Below are positions 28,558 to 38,058 of a stretch of 64,000 nucleotides of DNA, one piece after another; position 1 is the first letter of the stretch; every line of letters starts with the position of its first letter. A program made the position numbers and the translations under genes. The notes beneath the pieces were generated by a model. That model was not told the origin of the DNA and ran no database searches. It saw only the letters and a list, made by a program, of their open reading frames with translations. The DNA is from Myxococcota bacterium (lineage in GTDB: Bacteria; Myxococcota_A; UBA9160; PR03): NCBI GenBank assembly GCA_041611735.1, contig JBFIML010000003.1, positions 32,001 through 96,000 on the forward strand, read 5' to 3'.

Positions 28558-28675
28558 CGAGTCACGGGTCACCAGGTTGCGGGGCTCGCCCCAGGCGGCG
28601 ACTGCGCCCGAAGCGACCTCCCCGGCGACGTTCACCCAGGACAGACCGAATCGCGGTTGGAGCAAGTGAGGAAGC

Positions 28676-31300
28676 ATGGCTGAGGAGATCCTGGCAGCGG
28701 CCAACGCCCTGACACGGACGAGTCGCCCGCGTGGCGCGCGCACCACCGCAGCTCCCGTCCACCCGTCCCTGCTCCGGCCGCGGGCCGAGGGGAAGTTCCT
28801 GTGGCTGGGGCAGGAGAAGTTCTTCGTTCGCGGGGTGACGTACGGAGCGTTCCCGCCCAACGCCCGGGGCCATCAGTTTCCGGACCCTGCGCAGGTGGAC
28901 AAGGACTTCGCCCTCATGCAGGAGGCCGGGATCAATTCGGTCCTGACCTACACGGTCCCGCCCCCGTCGCTGCTGGACCAGGCCCAGCAGAACGGCCTGC
29001 GCCTGATCGTCAACATTCCGTGGATGGGCCACGTCTGCTTCCTGGAGCAGGCCACCACACGCCGAGACGCCCGCCGTGCGGTGCGGGAGGCCGTTTCAGC
29101 CTGTCGCGACCACCCGGGCGTTCTCATGTATGCGGTGGCGAAGGAGCTTCCGCCCCAGATCATCCGCTGGCACGGCAAGAAGAAGGTCGAGACGTTCCTC
29201 CGGGACCTGTACCACGTCGCCAAGGACGAGGACCCGGACAGCCTGGTGACCTACACGAATTTCCCCACGACGGAGTACCTGGAGCTTCCGTTCGTAGACG
29301 TCTACACCTTCAACGTCTACCTGCACCAGCGCCCACAGTTCTGTGCCTATCTCTCGCGGCTGCAGCACCTGGCGGGAGAATTGCCGCTGGTGCTCACCGA
29401 GCTGGGGATGTGCAGCTTCCGCCACGGGCGCGAGGGACAGGCCGAGTTCCTGCGCTGGCAGACGGAGGAGGCCTTCGATCACGGTCTGGCCGGGTCGGTG
29501 GTGTTCAGCTGGACGGATCCCTTCTTCCAGGACGGCTGCCTGGTCGACGAATGGGGCTTCGGGCTGGTGGACGCCGAGCGTCAGCCGAAGCCCTCCTACG
29601 ACGTGATCCGTCGCCGTTTCGCCACCAGCGTGCCCTTCGCTCCGGAGAAGCGCTGGCCCAAGGTGTCGGTCGTCGTCGCCCTGTACAATGCGGAGAAGAC
29701 GATCGACGAGTGTCTGGCCTCCCTGACCAAGCTGAACTATCCCGATTACGAGGTGATCGTCGTGAACGACGGCTCCACGGACGGGAGCCAGGCGATCATC
29801 GACCGCTATCCGTTCCATTGCATCTCGGGCGCCAACGGGGGCGTGAGCGCCGCCCGCAATCGGGGCTTGCGGGCCGCCACGGGGGAGATCGTCGCGTACA
29901 TCGACTCGGATGCCTACGCCGACCCGGACTGGCTGCGCTACCTGGCCACGACCTTCCTGGAGTCGGACGTGGCGGGAGTCGGGGGTCCGAACCTGGTGCC
30001 GCCGGCGGACAACTGGGTGGCCAAGTGCGTCTACCGCTCCCCGGGAGGTCCCACCCAGGTGATGCTGGACGACAAGTCGGCGGAGCACATTCCCGGCTGC
30101 AACATGGCCTTCTGGAAGTGGGCACTGGAGGAGATCGGTGGATTCGACCCGATCTTCACTGCCGCGGGCGACGACGTGGACGTGTGCTGGCGGTTGCTCG
30201 AGCGCAACTACCGGCTGGGCTTCAGTCCCTCGGCCGTGGTCTGGCACCACCGCCGGCCCTCCCTGCGCGCCTACTGGCGCCAGCAGGTGGGCTACGGCAA
30301 GGCCGAATCCCTGCTGGAGCGCAGGCACCCCAGCAAATTCAACCCCTGGGGCCACACCTACTGGGGGGGGACGATCTACGCTCCCTACCCCCAGTTCCGA
30401 CTGCTCGGCCGACCCGTGATCTACCAGGGCCTGTGGGGAACCGCTCCCTTCCAGTCCATGTACCATCCCGGGGGCGGCGGGGTGTTGAGCTTCCTCCCCC
30501 GCGCCATGGAGATGCACGTGACCCTGGCCGTGCTCGTCGCGGTCTCCGTGGTGTTTCCGTGGGCGCTGGCCGCGGTGGGACTGGCCGTGGGCTACATCGC
30601 CTTCTACTGCGCCGTATGCGGCCGCAGCGCCAACCTGGACGTGCTGGCGCAGCGGCCCGAGCGCGCCAGCTGGATGCAGCGGCTCAAGTGGCGCGCCACC
30701 ATCAGCTGGCTGCACTTCCTGGAGCCGCTGGCCCGGGACTGGGGCCGCCTGAAGGGCGGCCTGACCCCGTGGCGACCCGCGCTGGCGGGCGATCCGGACC
30801 ACCCGCGGCGGACGACGACCCCCTGGTGGCGGCGCCTGCAACCGTTGCGGCGCACGCTGAAGTGGTCCTATCCGGGAGACATGAGCCTGGAGAAGAACGG
30901 CATCCTGGAACGCCTCACCGGGCTCTTCACCCGAGGGGGCTGCGCCGTGGGGTGGAACTCCGACTTCCAGCCCTGGGACCTGAAGCTTCGCCGCGGCGCC
31001 CTGGGCGAGGCCTGGCTCCGCATGGTGGTCGAGCACCATGGCGGCCCCCGGCGGCTGGCCCGCTTCTCCGCCGACATCCGACCCAGCCCGGCGATCTCCT
31101 GGGCCCTGGGCATCGCGGCCCTGGGCGCTGGTGCCACCGCGGCCCTGGGGCTTCTCCTGCCCAGCGCCGCGTTCACCGCGCTGCTCGGCTTCCTCTGGAT
31201 CACCCCCATCCGAGAGGCCAACCGCCTGGAGAGCGGGATGCGGGCCGCGACGGACGACGTCTGCGCCAGGGCGTTCGAAGGAACTTCGGAGACGACCTGA
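28676..31300 (+). CDS. Fusion of a GH-A (GH2-like) TIM barrel, a GT2 domain and a membrane domain
   Basis: KFFVRGVTYG, AKELPP, LTELG, VFSWTD..FGLVD..PKP; then VSVVVALYN, VNDGSTD, IDSDA, GDDVD, RQQVGYG; C-terminal TMs. Confidence 0.9.
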   Translation: MAEEILAAANALTRTSRPRGARTTAAPVHPSLLRPRAEGKFLWLGQEKFFVRGVTYGAFPPNARGHQFPDPAQVDKDFALMQEAGINSVLTYTVPPPSLLDQAQQNGLRLIVNIPWMGHVCFLEQATTRRDARRAVREAVSACRDHPGVLMYAVAKELPPQIIRWHGKKKVETFLRDLYHVAKDEDPDSLVTYTNFPTTEYLELPFVDVYTFNVYLHQRPQFCAYLSRLQHLAGELPLVLTELGMCSFRHGREGQAEFLRWQTEEAFDHGLAGSVVFSWTDPFFQDGCLVDEWGFGLVDAERQPKPSYDVIRRRFATSVPFAPEKRWPKVSVVVALYNAEKTIDECLASLTKLNYPDYEVIVVNDGSTDGSQAIIDRYPFHCISGANGGVSAARNRGLRAATGEIVAYIDSDAYADPDWLRYLATTFLESDVAGVGGPNLVPPADNWVAKCVYRSPGGPTQVMLDDKSAEHIPGCNMAFWKWALEEIGGFDPIFTAAGDDVDVCWRLLERNYRLGFSPSAVVWHHRRPSLRAYWRQQVGYGKAESLLERRHPSKFNPWGHTYWGGTIYAPYPQFRLLGRPVIYQGLWGTAPFQSMYHPGGGGVLSFLPRAMEMHVTLAVLVAVSVVFPWALAAVGLAVGYIAFYCAVCGRSANLDVLAQRPERASWMQRLKWRATISWLHFLEPLARDWGRLKGGLTPWRPALAGDPDHPRRTTTPWWRRLQPLRRTLKWSYPGDMSLEKNGILERLTGLFTRGGCAVGWNSDFQPWDLKLRRGALGEAWLRMVVEHHGGPRRLARFSADIRPSPAISWALGIAALGAGATAALGLLLPSAAFTALLGFLWITPIREANRLESGMRAATDDVCARAFEGTSETT

Positions 31301-31322
31301 TCGCTCCCGGAAGTCGAGGCCC

Positions 31323-33086
31323 ATGGCGACGCGCCAGCACAGCGATCTCCAGATCTATCGACGCCTGCTGATGCAGGCGCGGCCCTACTGGCCGCACATC
31401 GGCGGCATCCTGGTCCTCAGCCTGCTCTCGACCCCGCTGGCGCTCCTGAACCCGCTGCCCCTCAAGATCGTCGTGGACAGCGCACTGGGCTCGCACCCCC
31501 TGCCGGGCGTGCTGGCGACCCTGGTGCCGGCCTCCGTGTCGGAGTCGCCCTCCGGGGTGCTGTTCTTCGCCGTCTTCTTCCTGATCGCCATCACCGTTCT
31601 CGCCTACCTGCGCGGCTTCGCAAGCATCCTGCTCGAAACCTTCACGGGAGAGCGGCTCGTGCTGGCCTTCCGGGCCGAGCTCTTCCAGCACGGCCAACGC
31701 CTCTCCCTCGCCTACCACGACCGGAAGGGCGCGACCGACTCCGTCTACCGCATCCAGCACGACGCTCCCGCCATCCAGTGGGTCGCCGTCCAGGGGGTGA
31801 TTCCGTTCCTGACGGCGGCCTTCACCGTGCTCGGCATGGCAGCCATCACGGCCCGGATCGACTGGCAGCTCGCCCTGGTGGCGATCCTGGTTGCTCCCGT
31901 CTTGCTCGGAGTCACGCAGATCTTCCGTCGGCGGATCCGCAGTGAGTGGTCGAAGGTGAAGGCAATCGAGAGCTCCACCATGAGCGGGGTGCAGGAGGCC
32001 CTGTCCTCGCTCCGGGTGGTGAAGGCCTTCGGGCAGGAAGACCGCGAGAAGGACCGCTTCCTGCTCCACTCGGAGCGGACCCTGAGGGGCCAGATCCGGC
32101 TGGCCTGGATCAACGGAGGTTTCGACGGGCTGATCGGTCTCATCATCGCGACGGGAACCGCGGTGGCCCTCTTCATCGGCGTGCGCCACGTCCAGTCCGG
32201 GGCCTTGACGCTCGGCAACCTGCTGCTCGTGATGGCGTACCTCGCCCAGCTCTACACGCCGCTGCGCACCATCAGCCAGAAGATCGGGGACCTCCAGGCC
32301 TCCCTGGCCGGCGCCGAACGGGCCTTCGCCCTGCTCGACCAGGAGCCGGAGGTGGTGGAACGACCGGACGGCCTTCCCGTCGCCCGCGCCGTCGGGGCCG
32401 TCGCCTTCCGGGACGTGTGTTTCTCCTACCCCGGCGGTCCGCAGGTGCTCCACGACATCTGCTTCGAGATCGTGCCGGGAGATCGCGTCGGCATCCGGGG
32501 GCCCACGGGGGCGGGAAAGAGCACGCTCGTGAGCCTGTTGATGCGGTTCTACGATCCCACCAAGGGCCAGATCCTGCTGGACGGCACGGATCTGCGCGAC
32601 CTCCGGCTGGCGGACCTGCGCAGGCAGTTTGCCATCGTGCTCCAGGAGCCGGTCCTCTTCTCGACCAGCGTCGGTGAGAACATCGCCTACGCGCGTCCGG
32701 CCGCCAGCCAGGAGGAGATCGTCGCCGCCGCGAGGCTGGCGAATGCCCACGACTTCGTGTCGAGGCTTCCCGAGGGCTACGAGACCCAGGTGGGCGAGCG
32801 CGGCATGGCCCTGTCCGGGGGGGAGCGGCAGCGCATCGCCCTGGCGCGAGCCTTCCTGAAGGACGCTCCGATCCTGATCCTCGACGAGCCGACCAGCTCG
32901 GTGGACCTCCGCACCGAAGCCGCCATCGTCGAAGCCACGGAAGAGCTCATGAAGGGGCGAACCACCTTCATGATCGCGCATCGCTTGAGCACGCTGCGCG
33001 ATTGCAACGTGGAGTTGTCGGTCGAGCAGGGGCGGATCGCCGTCCGGGAGGCGCCCGCGCGGGCGGCCGCCGGGAGCGCTTCGTGA
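31323..33086 (+). CDS. ABC exporter, fused permease/ATPase (MsbA-like)
   Basis: About 6 TMs, GPTGAGKST, LSGGERQR, LILDEPTS, IAHRLS. Confidence 0.95.
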   Translation: MATRQHSDLQIYRRLLMQARPYWPHIGGILVLSLLSTPLALLNPLPLKIVVDSALGSHPLPGVLATLVPASVSESPSGVLFFAVFFLIAITVLAYLRGFASILLETFTGERLVLAFRAELFQHGQRLSLAYHDRKGATDSVYRIQHDAPAIQWVAVQGVIPFLTAAFTVLGMAAITARIDWQLALVAILVAPVLLGVTQIFRRRIRSEWSKVKAIESSTMSGVQEALSSLRVVKAFGQEDREKDRFLLHSERTLRGQIRLAWINGGFDGLIGLIIATGTAVALFIGVRHVQSGALTLGNLLLVMAYLAQLYTPLRTISQKIGDLQASLAGAERAFALLDQEPEVVERPDGLPVARAVGAVAFRDVCFSYPGGPQVLHDICFEIVPGDRVGIRGPTGAGKSTLVSLLMRFYDPTKGQILLDGTDLRDLRLADLRRQFAIVLQEPVLFSTSVGENIAYARPAASQEEIVAAARLANAHDFVSRLPEGYETQVGERGMALSGGERQRIALARAFLKDAPILILDEPTSSVDLRTEAAIVEATEELMKGRTTFMIAHRLSTLRDCNVELSVEQGRIAVREAPARAAAGSAS

Positions 33087-34213
33087 GCGCGACGGTCTGG
33101 CTGCTGGCCCGGACGCTGTCGACGCCCATGGCGGGGGGCCACGCCTGGGTGTACCTGAACTGGGCCCTGGGACTGCGCGCCCTGGGCTGCCGGGTGGTCT
33201 GGCTCGAGGTGGTCTGGCCCGGCACGCCGGTGGACCGGCTGCAAGCCTGGGTCGACGCCCTGAAGAATCGCCTGCGGCCCTTCGGCCTGGCGGATCGGGT
33301 AGCTCTGTGTTCCGCCGATGGCGAGCCCCTGGCGCCGGAGTGGAACTCGGGATGGCTCGGCTTGGAGGCCGCGGCCGACGCCGACCTGCTCGTCAACATG
33401 GCCTATGGCTCGTCCAAGGTGGTGGCGCCCTTCCGGCGCCGCGTCCTGGTGGACATCGACCCGGGCCTCTGCCAGATCTGGGTCAGCCGCGGCCAGTTCG
33501 AGCTGCCGCCGCACGACCTCTACTTCACGATCGGAGAGACGGTGGGTCGGCCGGAAGCTCGCTTCCCGGATTGCGGTCTCCCCTGGCAGCACCTGCCTCC
33601 CTGCGTCGCCCTGGACTGGTGGCCCACCCGGCGCGCGCCCGATGACGCTCCCTTCACCACGGTTTCCAACTGGATCATGAACGACTACTGCATGGAGGAC
33701 GAGGCCGGCAGCTACGCGAACGACAAACGCAGCGGCTTCCTGCCCTTCCTGGACCTGCCCCGCCACACCCGCCAGCCCCTCGAGCTGACCCTCTCGCTGA
33801 AGTGGGCCGACCAGGAACGCCGGGCCCTGGAGGAGCGCGGCTGGCGGGTGCGCGAGGCCCACGAGACCGTGGCGAACCCGCACGACTACCAGCGCTACGT
33901 CCAAGGCTCCCGCGGCGAGTTCAGCTGCGCCAAGCCGTCCTGCGTGCGGCTGCAGAATGCCTGGATCAGCGACCGCACCCTCTGCTATCTCGCCAGCGGG
34001 AAGCCGGCCGTCGTCCAGCACACGGGTCCGAGCCGCTTCCTGCCCGACGCGGCGGGCTTGTTCCGCTTCTCCACGTTGGCCGAAGCCGCCCGGCATCTGG
34101 AGACCGTTGCGGAAGACTACGAACGCCAGTGCGCACTGGCGCGCGCGCTCGCCGAAGAGCACTTCGACGCTAGCCGGGTGACGTCGCGGCTGCTGGAACA
34201 GGCTTTGGCCTAG
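33083..34213 (+). CDS. Uncharacterised GT-B-like putative glycosyltransferase, paralogue 2
   Basis: PMAGGHAWVYLNWALGLRALG, DIDPGLCQ, WISDRTLCYLASGKPAVVQHTG; GTGA coupling. Confidence 0.75.
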   Translation: MSATVWLLARTLSTPMAGGHAWVYLNWALGLRALGCRVVWLEVVWPGTPVDRLQAWVDALKNRLRPFGLADRVALCSADGEPLAPEWNSGWLGLEAAADADLLVNMAYGSSKVVAPFRRRVLVDIDPGLCQIWVSRGQFELPPHDLYFTIGETVGRPEARFPDCGLPWQHLPPCVALDWWPTRRAPDDAPFTTVSNWIMNDYCMEDEAGSYANDKRSGFLPFLDLPRHTRQPLELTLSLKWADQERRALEERGWRVREAHETVANPHDYQRYVQGSRGEFSCAKPSCVRLQNAWISDRTLCYLASGKPAVVQHTGPSRFLPDAAGLFRFSTLAEAARHLETVAEDYERQCALARALAEEHFDASRVTSRLLEQALA

Positions 34214-34262
34214 TGGCCTCCCCCTGGGCGGCTCCGAACCCGAAGAAGGATGGGTACCTCGC

Positions 34263-35447
34263 ATGGCCCGAATCGTGATCAACGGCTACATGATCCGGCA
34301 TCCCGTCGCCGGGAACACCATGGCCTACCTGCACTACGTGCTCGGCTTCGCTCGCCTTGGGCACGAGGTTGTGTACGTGGAAGAAAGCGGCTGGCCGAAC
34401 TCGTGCTACGACCCCTACAAGCACGAGATGGGTGACGACCCCAGCACCGGGATGGCGGTGGTTTCGGCCCTCGCCAGGCAGTACGGGCTCGAGCTCCCCC
34501 TGTACTACGTGAACCGGGACACCCAGGCGGTGCATGGCGGCGAGTGGAGCGACTTGACCCGCCACCTGGACGCGGCGGATCTTCTCCTCAACGTGGGCGG
34601 CGTGTGCTGGCTGCCCGACTTCCTGCGCTGCCAGCGCCGCGCCTACGTGGACATGGACCCCGGGTTCACCCAGCTGGGGCGCTTCGGAGCCGAGGCCGTG
34701 GCGAACCACCAGGTGCATTTCACCTACGGAGCCAACTTCCAGCAGCCGGATTGCTCGATCCCGGACGACGGCATCGACTGGCGGCCGACCGTCCCCCCGG
34801 TCGTCACCGACCTCTGGAACGGGGCCGTCCCGGCCGAGCCGGCGGACTCGTCCGGGAAGCTCCAGAACGGCTCGCTCACGACCATCACCAACTGGAACCC
34901 GTACGGCTCGGTCACCCATGGGGGCCGCCGCTTCGGCCAGAAGGACGAGGAGTTCCTGCGTATCCTCGAACTCCCGCGGCGCACTTCGCAGGCCATCGAG
35001 CTCACCCTCTCCGGCGCCGGCGCCGACGTGGAGCAGCGCCTGCGAACCGCCGGCTGGCGGATTCGTCCGGCGCGGGAGGTCAGCTCCCACTTCCGGACGT
35101 ATCACGCCTACATCATGGGATCGCGCGGGGAGTTCAGCGTGGCCAAGCACGGCTATGTGGTCACCCGCAGCGGCTGGTTCAGCGACCGGAGCGTCTGCTA
35201 TCTCGCGGCCGGTCGACCCACGATCCTCCAGGACACGGGCTTCAGCAGCTGGCTCCCCACCGGGCGGGGCGTACTCGCCTTCTCGAACCTCGAAGAGGCG
35301 GTCGGCTGCATCGACGCCCTCAATGCCGACTATGCGGGTCACTGCACAGCGGCCCGCGAGATCGCCGAGACCACGTTCGGCTACCGCGCGGTGCTGCCCA
35401 GATTGCTGGACCAGGCGCTGGGCGGACCGGCTTCGAGCCGCGCGTGA
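34263..35447 (+). CDS. Uncharacterised GT-B-like putative glycosyltransferase, paralogue 3
   Basis: PVAGNTMAYLHYVLGFARLGHEV, DMDPGFTQ, GWFSDRSVCYLAAGRPTILQDTG. Confidence 0.75.
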   Translation: MARIVINGYMIRHPVAGNTMAYLHYVLGFARLGHEVVYVEESGWPNSCYDPYKHEMGDDPSTGMAVVSALARQYGLELPLYYVNRDTQAVHGGEWSDLTRHLDAADLLLNVGGVCWLPDFLRCQRRAYVDMDPGFTQLGRFGAEAVANHQVHFTYGANFQQPDCSIPDDGIDWRPTVPPVVTDLWNGAVPAEPADSSGKLQNGSLTTITNWNPYGSVTHGGRRFGQKDEEFLRILELPRRTSQAIELTLSGAGADVEQRLRTAGWRIRPAREVSSHFRTYHAYIMGSRGEFSVAKHGYVVTRSGWFSDRSVCYLAAGRPTILQDTGFSSWLPTGRGVLAFSNLEEAVGCIDALNADYAGHCTAAREIAETTFGYRAVLPRLLDQALGGPASSRA

Positions 35448-35485
35448 GCGATCCGCGCCGCCCAGCAAGGACCGAGATCGGGAGG

Positions 35486-36784
35486 ATGCCGAGCGTGCCC
35501 GACGGACCCCGGGTCAGCATCGGCCTCCCCGTCTACGACGGCCAGAACTTTCTCGAGCCGGCGATCCGCTCGCTGCTCGACCAGACCTATCGGGACTTCG
35601 AGCTGATCATCTCCGACAACGCCTCCACCGACCGCACGCCCGAGATCTGCCGCGCCCATGCGGAACGAGACGCTCGGGTCCGCTACTCGCGCAATGCCAC
35701 CAACATCGGCGCGGCACCGAACTACAACCGCGTGTTCGAGCAGGCGCGGGGCCGCTACTTCAAGTGGGCGGCCCACGACGACGTGTGCCGGCCGGATTTT
35801 CTGCGTCGTTGCGTGCAGGCCCTGGAGTCCGATCCCGGAGCCGTGCTGGCCTTCACCCGGACCGCCACCATCGACGAGCGGGACCAGGTGATCAAGGAAT
35901 GGGAGGCGCGGCCGGCGTTCGCCGCAGGGAGCCCGCAGCAACGCTTCCGAGAGGCCCTGCGGCCCCGGGAGACGCACCCGATCTGGGGACTGATGAGAGT
36001 GGAGGTCCTGCGGCGAACTCCCTTGTTCGGCAGCTATCCCGGGCATGATCTCCCACTGCTGGCCGAGCTGGCCCTGCTTGGCCGCTTTCACGAGATTCCC
36101 GAGGTGCTCTTCCTGCAGCGCGAGCACCGCGGCCGTTCCGTACGGCGATACGACTTCCGCAATCCCCATCGCGCCGTGGTCTGGTACGATCCGAGCAAGG
36201 CAGGCAGACTGATCTTTCCGCGCTGGCGACTGCTGGCCGAGTACGCCGCCGCGATCCGGCGCGCGCCGCTTCGCGCCGGGGAGCGCCTGCGCTGCTGGCG
36301 AGAGCTGTTGCCCTGGTTGCGCGGCTCGGCCGCGGCCCTGCTGGGGGACCTGATCTGGGCCATGGGGCGCATCCCCGGATTGGGAAAGCCGATGCGCGCC
36401 GGCTACCGGCGGGTGGTTCACGCCCTGGAGCAGGCCCGGCTGCGCCGGGTGGCGCGGGGCATCCGCGCGGTCACCGACGATCGGGACGTCGTCCTCCTCG
36501 TCGGGGACTGCTGGTTCGAGAGCGAGAAGTTCCTGCGCCGGAAGACGCTGCCGTTCCTGGAACGCGGGGGCCGCTACTTCGGGGCCCCAGCCGACGATGA
36601 GACGGCCATCCGCGAACTCGAGCGGATGCGGCGCGAGGGAGCCACCCACATGGTATTCGCCTGGCCCAGCTTCTGGTGGCTCGACCACTACACGAAGCTC
36701 GGCGAGTACCTGCGTTCCCACTTCCACACCGTGCTCGAGGACCGACGTGTGGTCGCCTTCGAGCTGCACGCGCCCCGGAGTTGA
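35486..36784 (+). CDS. GT2 glycosyltransferase with an extra C-terminal domain
   Basis: VSIGLPVYDG, ISDNASTD, WAAHDD; GGAGG RBS (alternative GTG 35444). Confidence 0.9.
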   Translation: MPSVPDGPRVSIGLPVYDGQNFLEPAIRSLLDQTYRDFELIISDNASTDRTPEICRAHAERDARVRYSRNATNIGAAPNYNRVFEQARGRYFKWAAHDDVCRPDFLRRCVQALESDPGAVLAFTRTATIDERDQVIKEWEARPAFAAGSPQQRFREALRPRETHPIWGLMRVEVLRRTPLFGSYPGHDLPLLAELALLGRFHEIPEVLFLQREHRGRSVRRYDFRNPHRAVVWYDPSKAGRLIFPRWRLLAEYAAAIRRAPLRAGERLRCWRELLPWLRGSAAALLGDLIWAMGRIPGLGKPMRAGYRRVVHALEQARLRRVARGIRAVTDDRDVVLLVGDCWFESEKFLRRKTLPFLERGGRYFGAPADDETAIRELERMRREGATHMVFAWPSFWWLDHYTKLGEYLRSHFHTVLEDRRVVAFELHAPRS

Positions 36785-36786
36785 GC

Positions 36787-38058
36787 ATGGCCATCCAGAC
36801 GATCCAGCCGCGGCCGGCCCTCGAGCAGGCCGTGGCGTGCCGGGCCTGCGGGCACCCCCTCGGTGAGCCCTTCCTGGACCTCGGCATGATGCCCCTGGTG
36901 AACAGCTACCGCTCACCCGAGAGGCTGGCCGAGGCGGAGCCCTTCTTTCCGCTCCGGGTCCAGTTCTGTGAGCGCTGCTACCTGGTGCAGCTCGAGCACG
37001 TCGCGTGTCCGGACCAGGTGTTCAGCGAGTACGCCTATTTCTCGTCGTACTCCGACAGCTGGCTTCGCCACGCACGACAGTACTGCCACGACATGGTCCG
37101 CCGCCTCGGACTGACGCCGGAGCAGCACGTGGTCGAGATCGCCAGCAACGACGGGTACCTGCTGCAACACTTCGTGCCGTTCGGAATCCCCGTGCTCGGC
37201 ATCGAGCCGGCGGCCAACGTGGCCGCCGTCGCCCGGGAGAAGGGCATCGAGACGCTGGTCGCCTTCTTCGGGGAAGAGACGGCGCGGCGGCTGCGGGATG
37301 CCGGGAAGACCGCGGACCTCCTGGTGGCGAACAACGTGCTCGGCCACGTGCCGCGGCCCGACGATTTCCTCGCGGGAGTGAGCGTGCTGCTCGAGGCCCG
37401 CGGCGTGGCCACCTTCGAGTTCCCCCACCTGCTCCGGCTCGTGGTGGAGACGCAGTTCGATACCATCTATCACGAGCACGTCTCCTACCTCTCGCTGCAT
37501 GCGCTGGACGGCCTGCTGGCCGCCTGCGGCCTGGTTGCCTTCGACGTCGAGGAGCTCCCGACGCACGGGGGCTCGCTGCGGGTCCACGTGTGCCACGCCG
37601 GGCGCGCCGCGCGGGCTCCGACGCCCGCCGTGGAGGCCGTGCGCGAGCACGAGCGGGCGGCCGGAGTGACGCGGAGCGAACGTCTGCACCGCTTCGCCGC
37701 CGACGTGGTGCGGGTCAAGTGCGGGTTGCTGGAGTTCCTGAGCGATGCCAGGCGCCAGGGCCTGCGCAGCGCGGCCTACGGGGCGGCCGCCAAGGGAACG
37801 GTGCTCCTCAACTACTGCGGCGTCGGACGCGAGTTCGTGGAGTTCGTCGTGGACCGCAGCCCCCACAAGCAGGGGCGCTTCGTCCCGGGCACGCTGATCC
37901 CCATTCGCGACCCCTCGGTCGTCTTCCAGGAGCGGCCCGACCTGCTCCTGATCCTGCCCTGGAACCTGCGCGAGGAGATCATGCAGCAGATGTCGGGCAT
38001 CCGGAGCTGGGGAGGGCACTTCGTGGTGCCCGTGCCGGAGGTCCAGGTCCATGCCTGA
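36787..38058 (+). CDS. NDP-sugar C-methyltransferase family (Zn-binding, SAM-dependent)
   Basis: CRAC..CERC, EIASNDG, FDTIYHEH, THGGSLR, YGAAAKG, ILPWN. Confidence 0.9.
   Translation: MAIQTIQPRPALEQAVACRACGHPLGEPFLDLGMMPLVNSYRSPERLAEAEPFFPLRVQFCERCYLVQLEHVACPDQVFSEYAYFSSYSDSWLRHARQYCHDMVRRLGLTPEQHVVEIASNDGYLLQHFVPFGIPVLGIEPAANVAAVAREKGIETLVAFFGEETARRLRDAGKTADLLVANNVLGHVPRPDDFLAGVSVLLEARGVATFEFPHLLRLVVETQFDTIYHEHVSYLSLHALDGLLAACGLVAFDVEELPTHGGSLRVHVCHAGRAARAPTPAVEAVREHERAAGVTRSERLHRFAADVVRVKCGLLEFLSDARRQGLRSAAYGAAAKGTVLLNYCGVGREFVEFVVDRSPHKQGRFVPGTLIPIRDPSVVFQERPDLLLILPWNLREEIMQQMSGIRSWGGHFVVPVPEVQVHA

Noticed and set aside
28133-28675. Short ORFs or a canonical ops/JUMPstart element in the 540-bp intergenic region
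   Set aside because: ORFs lack RBS and motifs; no GGCGGTAG core seen.
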